This document shows positions 37,455 through 46,092 of a DNA stretch of 64,000 nucleotides, piece after piece. Numbering within the stretch: the first letter of the stretch is position 1; every line of letters starts with the position of its first letter. The position numbers and the translations under genes were made by a program. Below the pieces are notes generated by a model. That model was not told the origin of the DNA, made no database searches, and saw only the letters and a list, made by a program, of their open reading frames with translations. This stretch comes from an uncultured Candidatus Saccharibacteria bacterium (GTDB taxonomy: Bacteria > Patescibacteriota > Saccharimonadia > Saccharimonadales > EFPC-124), in NCBI GenBank assembly GCA_964405095.1, contig CAYOML010000001.1, positions 23,311-87,310 on the forward strand. The letters are read 5' to 3'.

Positions 37455-37593
37455 TGAACTCATTTCAAAACCATAAGGAAGGGGTCCTGTCACGCAGTTT
37501 GCCCCTAAAATATTTTTCTGAAAATACAGAAAAAGTATTTTGGGGCGGCCCCACTGCGCGCCACCCCATTTAATTAAGTTTTGAAATGGGTTC
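37455..37593. repeat. nested palindromic element, copy C
   Basis: outer IR gaactcatttcaaaacc / gttttgaaatgggttc; middle ggggtcctgtcacgcagtttgcccc / ggggcggccccactgcgcgccacccc; centre gaaaatac. Confidence 0.7.
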
Positions 37594-37620
37594 ATTAAGT
37601 TATACTTAACAGAGAGCAAT

Positions 37621-38097
37621 ATGGCCAAGAAGAAAACTACCAACTCACTGATTCAAAACCGCCGCGCCCGTTACGATTACGAACTACGCGATGAATTCAA
37701 TGTAGGCATTGCTTTGACAGGCCAAGAAGTCAAGGCTGCTAGATCGGGGCAGGTGAGTTTGAAAGGCGCTTACGTGACATTAAAAGACGGGGAGGTATGG
37801 CTAACCAACGCGTCGTTCTCGGTTATTCATACTGAGCCGGGTAAATCTAGTCGTAGCATCGAGACCGGGCCGCGCAAACTTTTGGCCAAAAAGAAAGAAA
37901 TTGCCGTGTTACAGGCTGTGAAGGATCAGGGCCTAACTATAGTGCCACTTAGCATGACCACTCGTACTAGGTTCATTAAGCTCAAAATTGCCACAGCCAA
38001 GGGTAAAAAACAATACGATAAGCGCGAAACTATTAAGCGCAAGGATATCCAGCGCGAGCAGCAGCGCACTAGAGCCTCAGTTGGCAAGGTCTTGTAA
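37621..38097 (+). CDS. smpB: SsrA-binding protein SmpB
   Basis: 158 aa; conserved N-terminal RRARYDYELRDEF..GIAL.G.EVK core. Confidence 0.9.
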   Translation: MAKKKTTNSLIQNRRARYDYELRDEFNVGIALTGQEVKAARSGQVSLKGAYVTLKDGEVWLTNASFSVIHTEPGKSSRSIETGPRKLLAKKKEIAVLQAVKDQGLTIVPLSMTTRTRFIKLKIATAKGKKQYDKRETIKRKDIQREQQRTRASVGKVL

Positions 38098-38129
38098 TTT
38101 AACACCTTAGTGTTATAGTTCAAGGAATT

Positions 38130-39158
38130 ATGGCAGTATCTGAAGCTCACGCCTATGCGCGCCAGGTAATCGAATCTGGTTTTGAGCTGATGCCGCCCAC
38201 GTCTCCCCCCGAGCGCATTGTGGAAACCGTCGAAACCGACGACGGTGCCTGGCAAATTGGCATTGCAACCTTTGACGCCCGAATCCATGACAAAGACTTC
38301 GGCACCTACGGTCCAACCTGCCTAATGGCGTTGGGCTACGAAGCCGACACGACTACGCCCTACGACACTCAAACCTGGCAAACTATTGCCGAGACCATGG
38401 GTGCGCGCCTCATTATTGTCGACACTCCAGGCTTCGGAGAGGAATCTGCCCCACTCCAAACTAGCTTTGGATTTCGCCTGGCGCGTGGTGACTTACGCCC
38501 ACCAGCAGAGCTCATGGTTCGTGCTGTCGGCCAATCGGGCCTGCTAGAGAACAATGAAGAGATATCCCTCATGGGTTATTCGATGGGTAGCCTGACCATC
38601 GCAAACATAGCCGAAGTCCTACAGACCCCAGATGCTAAACTAGGCATACCAAAAGTGAGAATTGCTGGCGTGTATCTACTTGACCCTACCTCACCGCGCT
38701 TTATTAAAACCTTGTCTGATGACATCCGTGCCGATGGTGCCGAAGGCCTAGCGTTTTATCAAGGTTTAAACGAGAGATACAGCTGGTTGGTAGCACCCCC
38801 AGAAACAACTAACCCAAAACATCACCAGGCATTGCGTAGGCGCCAACTAACTGCCCGGGCGCTTTATGGTATTGCCATGGCACGTGATCATGGTGATCCT
38901 TCACGGGCTTTAGAGTTAGCAGTAATTGAAGATAGTCACGATGGTGCAACTGGCCTGAGCGAAGGCACTATTAAGGTTATGAGGGGTGAACTAAGCCGGC
39001 TCGCGCTCGACGCGCCAACCAACCGACTCTTAACAGTAGTTAGAAACAGGTTACACCCGGCGGGCTATGCCGACAGAGTAACTTTGCCCGGCGAAAACCA
39101 CTTTTGGCCCCACGCAGCCATACTCGGGGCAGCTGCCTCAGAGCATTTGCGCAGTTAA
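38130..39158 (+). CDS. putative alpha/beta-hydrolase fold protein
   Basis: nucleophile elbow GYSMGS (GxSxG) in the expected context; otherwise unrecognised. Confidence 0.45.
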   Translation: MAVSEAHAYARQVIESGFELMPPTSPPERIVETVETDDGAWQIGIATFDARIHDKDFGTYGPTCLMALGYEADTTTPYDTQTWQTIAETMGARLIIVDTPGFGEESAPLQTSFGFRLARGDLRPPAELMVRAVGQSGLLENNEEISLMGYSMGSLTIANIAEVLQTPDAKLGIPKVRIAGVYLLDPTSPRFIKTLSDDIRADGAEGLAFYQGLNERYSWLVAPPETTNPKHHQALRRRQLTARALYGIAMARDHGDPSRALELAVIEDSHDGATGLSEGTIKVMRGELSRLALDAPTNRLLTVVRNRLHPAGYADRVTLPGENHFWPHAAILGAAASEHLRS

Positions 39159-39868
39159 GAAACCAAAGTACCGACAGACTCGCCTAAAGCTAGTTTTTTG
39201 ATGTTATCTGGCTTATGTAAATCACAAACAACAATTGGTTTTTTATTTTCCATGGCTAGACCCAGGGCAGCCTTATCCATAACCTTTATGGTCGGGCTTT
39301 GCAGTGCTTCGGCAAATGTCAGGTTTTGATGACGGTTAGCGTCGGTGTGGGCGTGAGGGTCTTTATCATAGACCCCGTCAACTTTAGTCAACTTACAGAC
39401 AACATCGCAATCAAGCTCTAGCGCCAGGCTCACAGAACCAGTGTCTGTGGTCACATATGGACGGCCTAAGCCACCACCCACAATCACCACACGGCCTTTG
39501 CTTAAGTGATGTAGGGCACGGCGTTGGGTAAATTGGTCGGCAACTTGGTCGGCATAAACAGTTGTCAGAACATGAGCGGGCACGCTTTGCGAAGCAAAAA
39601 TATCGGCGACGGCCAAAGCGTTAATTATTGTAGATAACATACCCATGTAATCTGCGGTAACTGGCTGGATACCTGAGCCCTTAAAATCGACACCTCGCAC
39701 AAAGTTACCACCACCAACTACCATGACAATCTCGGCGCCTACGTTTACCGCCTGGGCGACTTCTTGAGCTACCATGGTGGCTGTTTCGACGTCAAAGCCT
39801 TTGCCGCTGCGTCCGGCAAGCTGCTCGCCAGATATCTTTACTAAAATGCGTGTGTAACGTAGTTTCAT
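39155..39868 (-). CDS. pyrH: UMP kinase
   Basis: ILVKISGE...VVGGGN motifs, 237 aa. Confidence 0.9.
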   Translation of the reverse strand: MKLRYTRILVKISGEQLAGRSGKGFDVETATMVAQEVAQAVNVGAEIVMVVGGGNFVRGVDFKGSGIQPVTADYMGMLSTIINALAVADIFASQSVPAHVLTTVYADQVADQFTQRRALHHLSKGRVVIVGGGLGRPYVTTDTGSVSLALELDCDVVCKLTKVDGVYDKDPHAHTDANRHQNLTFAEALQSPTIKVMDKAALGLAMENKKPIVVCDLHKPDNIKKLALGESVGTLVS

Positions 39869-39950
39869 CGCATTCAGTGTAGCATAAATTACAAGTACTG
39901 AGGCTAAGGAAGATGTGCTAGACTGCGCTGCGAGGGAGTAAAATAAGACT

Positions 39951-40190
39951 ATGGCTAAGAACCAAAACTATACCGATTCAATACTGGAGGATATAAATAG
40001 CAAGTTTGACGCGATTCTAGAGATTGTCATTCCTATGAAGAAAAAAGTCGACCGTATTCCGCAGATAGAAAGTGACATTGCCGGTATAAGAGCCGATACT
40101 AGAACCATGAGAATCGCCATGACTGAAACCAACAAACAAGTCGGCAACCACGAAACTCGTATCACCCGGCTTGAGTCAAAAATAGCCTAA
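39951..40190 (+). CDS. small hypothetical coiled-coil protein
   Basis: ORF track; charged heptad-like sequence; weak. Confidence 0.3.
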   Translation: MAKNQNYTDSILEDINSKFDAILEIVIPMKKKVDRIPQIESDIAGIRADTRTMRIAMTETNKQVGNHETRITRLESKIA

Positions 40191-40217
40191 AATTTTACAC
40201 CTCGTTATACTAGGCCT

Positions 40218-41015
40218 ATGAAACTTTACTCATGGAATGTTAATGGTATTCGCGCAGTCGTGCGCAAGGGATTGTTCAAACCTTTTATTGATGCCGAGCA
40301 GCCCGACATTTTATGTCTCCAAGAAACCAAGGCCGAGCAAGGTCAAGCCGAGATCGATCTAGCTGGTTACGAAGAATACTGGAATTCCGCCACCAAAGCA
40401 GGCTACTCGGGTACAGCTATCTTCAGCAAAATCAAACCAACAGCTGTTATTAATGGTTTTCCGGAAGATATTGCCAAAAAATACAGCTTGGTCGACGACC
40501 ACGACCGCGATTCCAGCACCGAAGGTCGTGTCATCGCCGCAGAGTTCGAAAAGTTTTATGTAGTAACAGTTTACACCCCTAACGCCAAGGATGACCTCAG
40601 CCGCATCCCACTACGCTCGCGGCATTGGGACCCGGCGTTTTTGGCTTACTGCAAACAGCTCGAACAAAAAAAGCCGGTTATCTTTTGCGGTGACTTAAAT
40701 GTAGCCCACACCGAAGACGACCTAGCGCGCCCCAAAGAAAATATTGGCAAAAAGGGCTTTACCAAAGAAGAGCGTGAGCGATTTCAAGACTTTATCGACG
40801 CTGGATTTATCGACAGCTTGCGATTATTCGAACAGGGGAATGGTCATTACACCTGGTGGACACATTGGGCCAACGCCCGCGCTCGGAATGTTGGTTGGCG
40901 TATAGATTACATTCTGGTTTCGGTCGCTTTAAAGAATAAGGTAAAAGCCGCGAAAATTCACGCCGACGTCATGGGATCAGACCATTGCCCGGTGAGTATC
41001 GAGATCGACATATAG
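40218..41015 (+). CDS. xth: exodeoxyribonuclease III (AP endonuclease)
   Basis: N-terminal SWNVNG..R, QETK, and C-terminal SDHCPV motifs of the EEP-fold ExoIII family. Confidence 0.9.
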   Translation: MKLYSWNVNGIRAVVRKGLFKPFIDAEQPDILCLQETKAEQGQAEIDLAGYEEYWNSATKAGYSGTAIFSKIKPTAVINGFPEDIAKKYSLVDDHDRDSSTEGRVIAAEFEKFYVVTVYTPNAKDDLSRIPLRSRHWDPAFLAYCKQLEQKKPVIFCGDLNVAHTEDDLARPKENIGKKGFTKEERERFQDFIDAGFIDSLRLFEQGNGHYTWWTHWANARARNVGWRIDYILVSVALKNKVKAAKIHADVMGSDHCPVSIEIDI

Positions 41016-41115
41016 ATTGAGGATAATATGTTATTCATACATTGACATTAATTGTAAAGAAGTAAACGCTTCATACAAATAAAGTCTAGACAGATCAAGT
41101 ATATACACATATAAT

Positions 41116-41910
41116 GTGCGAACTATGGTGGTGCACCAACATTCAGCAGGCAAGATAGCCCAAAAATTTGCCGTCTTTGATATCGACGGCACTCTATTCC
41201 GCGCAAACCTCACAGCGACACTACTACTTAGTCTTATTGACAAGGGTTTGATAAACAAAAAAGTGCTGACGGAAATAACGCCACATTATTTAGCCTGGAA
41301 GAACCGCGAACGCCCTGAAGCCTTCATCCAATATGACGAACACTTAGTAGAGCTTTTGAGCACCAACATCCACGGTATACCGCATGCTGAAATTATCAAA
41401 ATCATTCCATCTATGGTGGAGGAGATACACAAAAAGACCTACGTTTACACCCGAAATCTGATTGCCAAACTCAAAAACGAGGGTTATGTATTGGTCGCCA
41501 TTACTACGTCATTGCGAGAGGTAGCTCAACCTTTCGTGGACCATTATGGCTTCGACATCCTCAAAGCAAACATTATACGCTGCAACCGGCAGGGTATCTG
41601 TCAAAGTACGACACCAGTTATCCGCAATAAGGAAATGGTGCTGCGTACGCTCACCCGAGATAGGGGTTTGATTATGAAAGATAGCTACGCTATAGGCGAC
41701 ACGCTCAGCGATGCAAATATGCTCAAATTAGTCAAACACCCAATCGCTTTCAATCCGTCTTTTGAACTATTTGAAGTAGCAAAGCACAAGGGCTGGTCGG
41801 TTGTCGTCGAGCGCAAAAATATTGTCTACCGGCTTGACGCCAAAAGCACCGAGGCATTTCACCATCATGAATTATCACACGACAACCACCCCGTGCTTAG
41901 TCATAAGTGA
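41116..41910 (+). CDS. HAD-superfamily hydrolase, subfamily IB-like
   Basis: motif I FDIDGTLF; internal cap domain; C-terminal GDTLSD motif IV. Confidence 0.6.
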   Translation: MRTMVVHQHSAGKIAQKFAVFDIDGTLFRANLTATLLLSLIDKGLINKKVLTEITPHYLAWKNRERPEAFIQYDEHLVELLSTNIHGIPHAEIIKIIPSMVEEIHKKTYVYTRNLIAKLKNEGYVLVAITTSLREVAQPFVDHYGFDILKANIIRCNRQGICQSTTPVIRNKEMVLRTLTRDRGLIMKDSYAIGDTLSDANMLKLVKHPIAFNPSFELFEVAKHKGWSVVVERKNIVYRLDAKSTEAFHHHELSHDNHPVLSHK

Positions 41911-41985
41911 CTAGGACTTGAGTGGTTTACTTTCTAGCCAACCTCTTTTGATTTTTTTAATCCGTCGATCATAATACTACGTAGT

Positions 41986-42777
41986 ATGAACTTAGATTAC
42001 TGGCTGAAACAAACACCTACCGAACCCCTCTTCCCGGATATCGAGTGGCAAAGACCCGAGCACAAGTCGCTAGCCGGCAAACTGTTGATTGTGGGCGGCA
42101 ACGCCCATGGCTTTGCAGCGGTTGCCCAGGCCCACGGCGACGCGACCAAAGCCGGAATCGGTGAGTGCCGGGTCGTTTTACCCGACGCACTTAAAAAGGC
42201 GATTGACCCACTAGCACTCGACTGTGTGTTTGTCCCAACTAACCACAGTGGTGGCATAACCAAAGATAGTCTACCGCAACTCAAGGCTGCGGCTGCCTGG
42301 GCCGATGCTGTTTTACTAATTGGTGATGCCGGCCGCAACAGTGAAACAGCCATAGTCTATGAGTCGTTATTACAAGCCTTCCCAGACAAAGTCAGCATTA
42401 TAACTCGCGACGCAGCAGATCTTGTTAAGGCTGTCTGGCCACAACTGCTCGGCCGCCAGCCTGTAGTTTTAATCGTCACTTTCGCCCAGTTGCAAAAATT
42501 ATTCCAGAGCGTATATTACCCGCGAACCATGTTATTTAGCATGCAGCTCTCCAGCTTGGTGGAGGCATTGCACAAGTTTACGATTACGTACCCGGCTGCG
42601 ATTGTTGTTTTTCATAACAACCAACTTATCGTAGCCCAAAATGGGCAGGTTAGCAGCACACCCTGGGAAGAGCCAATGCTGATCTGGCGGGGAAGTGTGG
42701 CCTCGCGGGCAGCTGTGTACGCAATTCAACATAAACAGCTATTCCAGGCACTAACAGCGTCTTTCATCCACAAGTAG
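41986..42777 (+). CDS. hypothetical protein, possibly YjeF-C/Nnr2-like (carbohydrate-kinase-fold)
   Basis: LLIVGGN...AVLLIGDAGRN pattern loosely resembles NAD(P)H-hydrate dehydratase; weak. Confidence 0.35.
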   Translation: MNLDYWLKQTPTEPLFPDIEWQRPEHKSLAGKLLIVGGNAHGFAAVAQAHGDATKAGIGECRVVLPDALKKAIDPLALDCVFVPTNHSGGITKDSLPQLKAAAAWADAVLLIGDAGRNSETAIVYESLLQAFPDKVSIITRDAADLVKAVWPQLLGRQPVVLIVTFAQLQKLFQSVYYPRTMLFSMQLSSLVEALHKFTITYPAAIVVFHNNQLIVAQNGQVSSTPWEEPMLIWRGSVASRAAVYAIQHKQLFQALTASFIHK

Positions 42778-42796
42778 ATCAAATAAACAACAGAGG

Positions 42797-42845
42797 AACT
42801 CAGCCTTGGGCCGCAACGCGCTGTGCGTCGCGGCCCAAGACGGGA
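42797..42845 (-). terminator. GC-rich hairpin cttgggccgc-N15-gcggcccaag followed by a T-rich tract on the minus strand
   Basis: 9-bp stem; the loop contains the internal palindrome acgcgctgtgcgt. Confidence 0.4.
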
Positions 42846-42853
42846 GGGAACGG

Positions 42854-43039
42854 CTACATGAACCCGAACGCTGACGCGATGGCAGCAATCGCGGTACCAA
42901 ATCCTGCTATGAACGAGTAGAACGAGATACCATGCGCTAGCCAGCGTAAACGATTGTACTTGGGCAACTCGTGAGCCGTGAGGCCAGATACTACCGCCAA
43001 CAACAGTAGGCAGACGGCAGCATATGCAAGAACCCACAT
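42854..43039 (-). CDS. small hypothetical two-TM membrane protein
   Basis: ORF track; two hydrophobic helices; a terminator follows it. Confidence 0.3.
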   Translation of the reverse strand: MWVLAYAAVCLLLLAVVSGLTAHELPKYNRLRWLAHGISFYSFIAGFGTAIAAIASAFGFM

Positions 43040-43118
43040 CCTTTCACCTCCTATATGGATGGTGTTTTTACGATAAAATAAGGTTACTTAATTGTAAAGT
43101 AAGGGACTTGAACATTAT

Positions 43119-43225
43119 TCCTCTCGTTCGGCTTTGAAGCCTCTACTCAAGCGTAAAGTAGGATTCCATGAACTGCCGACAGGCAGTTCATGCCCTATCG
43201 GGTTCAAGCCCTACTTATCTACGCA
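43119..43225. ncRNA. unassigned highly structured region (11-bp perfect hairpin catgaactgcc-gaca-ggcagttcatg nested inside a longer stem gcgtaaagtagg / cctacttatctacgc, plus hairpin ggctttgaagcc)
   Basis: self-complementarity seen directly in the sequence; the plus-strand track ORF 43134..43379 overlaps this region and the tRNA and is rejected. Confidence 0.3.
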
Positions 43226-43232
43226 AAAGAAA

Positions 43233-43262
43233 ATATCCCTCACGAGGGAGGGATATTTTCTT
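43233..43262 (-). terminator. intrinsic terminator hairpin atatccctc-acgagg-gagggatat flanked by T/A runs, immediately 3' of tRNA-Leu
   Basis: 9-bp stem, then tttctttt on the minus strand. Confidence 0.55.
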
Positions 43263-43263
43263 T

Positions 43264-43349
43264 TGGTGGGCAAGGAGGGACTTGAACCCTCACGACCTTG
43301 CGGCCACTGGATTTTGAGTCCAGCGCGTCTACCATTCCGCCACTCGCCC
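43264..43349 (-). tRNA. tRNA-Leu (anticodon CAA), class II with long variable arm
   Basis: reverse complement GGGCGAGTGGCGGAATGGTAGACGCGCTGGACTCAAAATCCAG..GGTTCAAGTCC..CCCACCA; anticodon loop CTCAAAA. Confidence 0.85.
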
Positions 43350-43401
43350 AATCAACGGAGTATTATATACTACTTGTAGGATCAGATCACGCCCGAACGT
43401 T

Positions 43402-44508
43402 ATGCAAGACGACCAAAAACCAGCAGTTATACCAGAAGCAACACCAACCGCCCAGCCGCCAACCGGCCAGGACCAAGCGGTAGGCGCGGTGCGTGGTCAA
43501 GTTTCACAGGCCTACGAACAGACCGAAGATACTAACCCTTACCACCGTACGCACAGCGACAACTTTGATTGGCGACAATACCATTCTGCTTGGCAACAAT
43601 ATTACCAGCAGTACTACCACCAATATTATTCTAGACAACTGGAGACCGAACGTCAGAAGATCCATGGCGATGGAACAGATATAGGGATTATCGCCGGTCA
43701 AAATCCCGACGAAAACCAAAAAAGAACCGTCGCCAAACTCAAGGCGGATATTACCGAAACGGTTAAAGAGCGGGCCAAGAAAATCCGCCGCAGTCATCAT
43801 TTTATCCCGATCGTCAGCGCTCTGGCGGTAGGGGTGGTGTTTTTATTTTTGCAATATAACAGCGTCATGATCGCCCAAGTAAAGGCCTATGTCAGCCCAG
43901 GAGCCATATCTGGTGACGCTCTGGTCCTGGACTCGTCAGCGAGTATCAATGTCAGCCCCGAACCAAAGCTGATCATTCCTAAAATTAATGTTGATGTACC
44001 AGTCGATTACAGCATAGCTACTCTCGATGAATCAAAAATCCAGGTGTCGCTGCGTGACGGCGCAACCCACTACAAATTGCCCGGTGCCGATGCCTTGCCA
44101 GGCCAAAACGGCAACACCGTCCTTTTAGGGCACTCCAGCAACGATATATTCAATCAGGGAGCTTATAAATTTGTGTTTGTGTTACTCGATCGTATGGAAG
44201 TTGGTGACACTTTCTACCTGCACTACGGCGGCAAGCGCTACATTTACCGTGTTAGCGACAAAAAAGTCATAGACCCGCGCGATGTAAGCGTGCTACAAAC
44301 TGGCTATACCAAACCCATAGTTACGCTCATTACTTGCACCCCTCCCGGCACAGCCTTAAAACGACTACTGATCTTTGGCGAGCAGATCAGCCCCGACCCA
44401 AACGGCGCAGCAACCGCACCCAAAGCTCCGGCCACCAAAAAAACCGAAACAGCAATACCGGGTAACGAGCCAAGCTTTCTGGAAAATATCTGGAACTTCT
44501 TTTTCTAA
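43402..44508 (+). CDS. sortase family transpeptidase with an N-terminal Gln/Tyr-rich low-complexity region and a TM anchor
   Basis: catalytic His in LLGHSS, Cys in TLITCTPPGT (TLxTC), Arg downstream; N-terminal QQYYQQYYHQYY tract. Confidence 0.8.
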   Translation: MQDDQKPAVIPEATPTAQPPTGQDQAVGAVRGQVSQAYEQTEDTNPYHRTHSDNFDWRQYHSAWQQYYQQYYHQYYSRQLETERQKIHGDGTDIGIIAGQNPDENQKRTVAKLKADITETVKERAKKIRRSHHFIPIVSALAVGVVFLFLQYNSVMIAQVKAYVSPGAISGDALVLDSSASINVSPEPKLIIPKINVDVPVDYSIATLDESKIQVSLRDGATHYKLPGADALPGQNGNTVLLGHSSNDIFNQGAYKFVFVLLDRMEVGDTFYLHYGGKRYIYRVSDKKVIDPRDVSVLQTGYTKPIVTLITCTPPGTALKRLLIFGEQISPDPNGAATAPKAPATKKTETAIPGNEPSFLENIWNFFF

Positions 44509-45980
44509 CGAACGATCAGTTGTGAGGCTTGCAAGAAATAACCACTAGTGATGGCGTTTTTGCCAATACTATAAAGTGTTTCGCCACTTTGGCTCAGGCA
44601 GATGTCAAAACCGGGCGCAACAGATGTAAGCTCACGCTCGTTTTGACCATCAAACTCGACAGTCCTAAGCCGATCGCCGGTGTCCGACCAGAGGTAATAA
44701 TCATCTAACCAGCGTAGTGGTCGGGTAGATGGCTGACTCAAGAAGGGCAGTGGTTGGCTGTAAGTACGGGCGAGTTCGAGGTCGTAGGTTGTGAGTAAAT
44801 CATTGGCCCCGGCAACCAGCATGCGACCGTTATTGCTAAATAGCATTTGAGTAACCGGTTTGCCAATATCGAGCGTGGCAAATACTGTCGTATCCTTTGC
44901 GGCAGCAACTGTCGGATCACGTAGAATCTGGATCTTTTCGTTATCTTTGCGCACAGCTAAATAACTATGGTTATCGTATTCGCCAAATGCTATCATGACC
45001 GAGGCACTGGTTGGATAGGTTTTTATCACAGATTCCTTATTTTGCTTGAATATGCCGACAATTTTTTGTTTGGAGGCGGGGTTACCCGATGTAACTTCAC
45101 GCTCAGCAACATAAGCTATAGAGTCGTCGCCATAAACCGAGAATTGTTGCAGCCCACTTACCAGAGCGGCCGAGGCGCTATTTGCCCCTAAGTCTAGGCG
45201 CCGTAGAACATTGTCGGTTTTGGCATAAACAATATTTGGGTTAGAACCAGCAAAATGGGCATCGGCTATGGCAAGGCCAAACAACCGACTAATATTTACA
45301 GCTTGGCCGGGCTGAGAGCGGTCGACCCGCAGCCATTCGTTAACCGCGTCATTGTAGTGGTGCACCAGGAAGTAGCGCGAGCCAAGATCCCATTCAGTCA
45401 GATCAATGTGTCCGAAAGCACCGCTTGGCTTACTAAACTGAGCGTCCGGCATTGTTATTGACGAATATACGAGGTTGCGTTCGTTACCAATGTCAGCCAG
45501 TATAAGTGCGGGTTGGTTGGTTGCCTCTTGCAGAAGCAGCCATCTTTTATCTGGCGAAGGTAGCATATCGCTCATACCAGAAAGCGCCCTTAGTGGGGCG
45601 GTTGTTACCGAGTTGGGGATGAGCCGAGCGTAATTCAGCCATAGCAGTTGGCCCGCCCCCAAGCTGATAGTTTTTTCCCAACTACGATAACCTTCTTTTT
45701 GAATCGCCACAGCATGAACGCCAGCAGTCAAATTAGCCCGGCCTGGAGTTGTAAAATTCTGTACCTTACCATCAATGACTACCCGCGCGCCATCGGGGGC
45801 CGAACGAAACTGCACCAGGCCACCTTGCTCAAAACTAAATGTATCTGTGTCAAACCTATTGCCCATAGCGTATAAAATTGCCAAAATAGTTAGCATCACC
45901 GTTGCCAGCGTCATGACGCCATAGGTAAAAAAACGGAGCGCTAACCTGGCACGTTTTGAAGATAAAGAGATTGGGAACAT
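44505..45980 (-). CDS. membrane-anchored protein with a PEGA-like domain and a large C-terminal beta-rich (possibly propeller) region
   Basis: start moved to the internal Met at 45980 (TM YGVMTLATVMLTILAILYA); VVIDGKVQNFTTPGRANLTAGVHAVAIQKEGY resembles PEGA; remainder unassigned. Confidence 0.4.
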   Translation of the reverse strand: MFPISLSSKRARLALRFFTYGVMTLATVMLTILAILYAMGNRFDTDTFSFEQGGLVQFRSAPDGARVVIDGKVQNFTTPGRANLTAGVHAVAIQKEGYRSWEKTISLGAGQLLWLNYARLIPNSVTTAPLRALSGMSDMLPSPDKRWLLLQEATNQPALILADIGNERNLVYSSITMPDAQFSKPSGAFGHIDLTEWDLGSRYFLVHHYNDAVNEWLRVDRSQPGQAVNISRLFGLAIADAHFAGSNPNIVYAKTDNVLRRLDLGANSASAALVSGLQQFSVYGDDSIAYVAEREVTSGNPASKQKIVGIFKQNKESVIKTYPTSASVMIAFGEYDNHSYLAVRKDNEKIQILRDPTVAAAKDTTVFATLDIGKPVTQMLFSNNGRMLVAGANDLLTTYDLELARTYSQPLPFLSQPSTRPLRWLDDYYLWSDTGDRLRTVEFDGQNERELTSVAPGFDICLSQSGETLYSIGKNAITSGYFLQASQLIVR

Positions 45981-46092
45981 AATAACTCTCTTACAGTTAT
46001 ACCATAGCTTGAAAGCGCTTGCGTCTTTCGGTAAAAGCTCGTAGTATACAAGTAGATCGTGCTCAAGGTTAACAGATACGGGCACGCGAGGG

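Noticed and set aside
43095-43350. Genomic island integrated at tRNA-Leu, suggested by the partial tRNA 3'-end repeat
   Set aside because: The 12-nt repeat lies only about 150 bp from the tRNA, with no integrase, cargo or longer direct repeat. It is a scar or coincidence at most, so reported only as an unexplained structured region.
43134-43379. Track ORF 43134..43379 (+)
   Set aside because: It overlaps tRNA-Leu on the opposite strand, a terminator hairpin and the structured segment, and has no coding signal.
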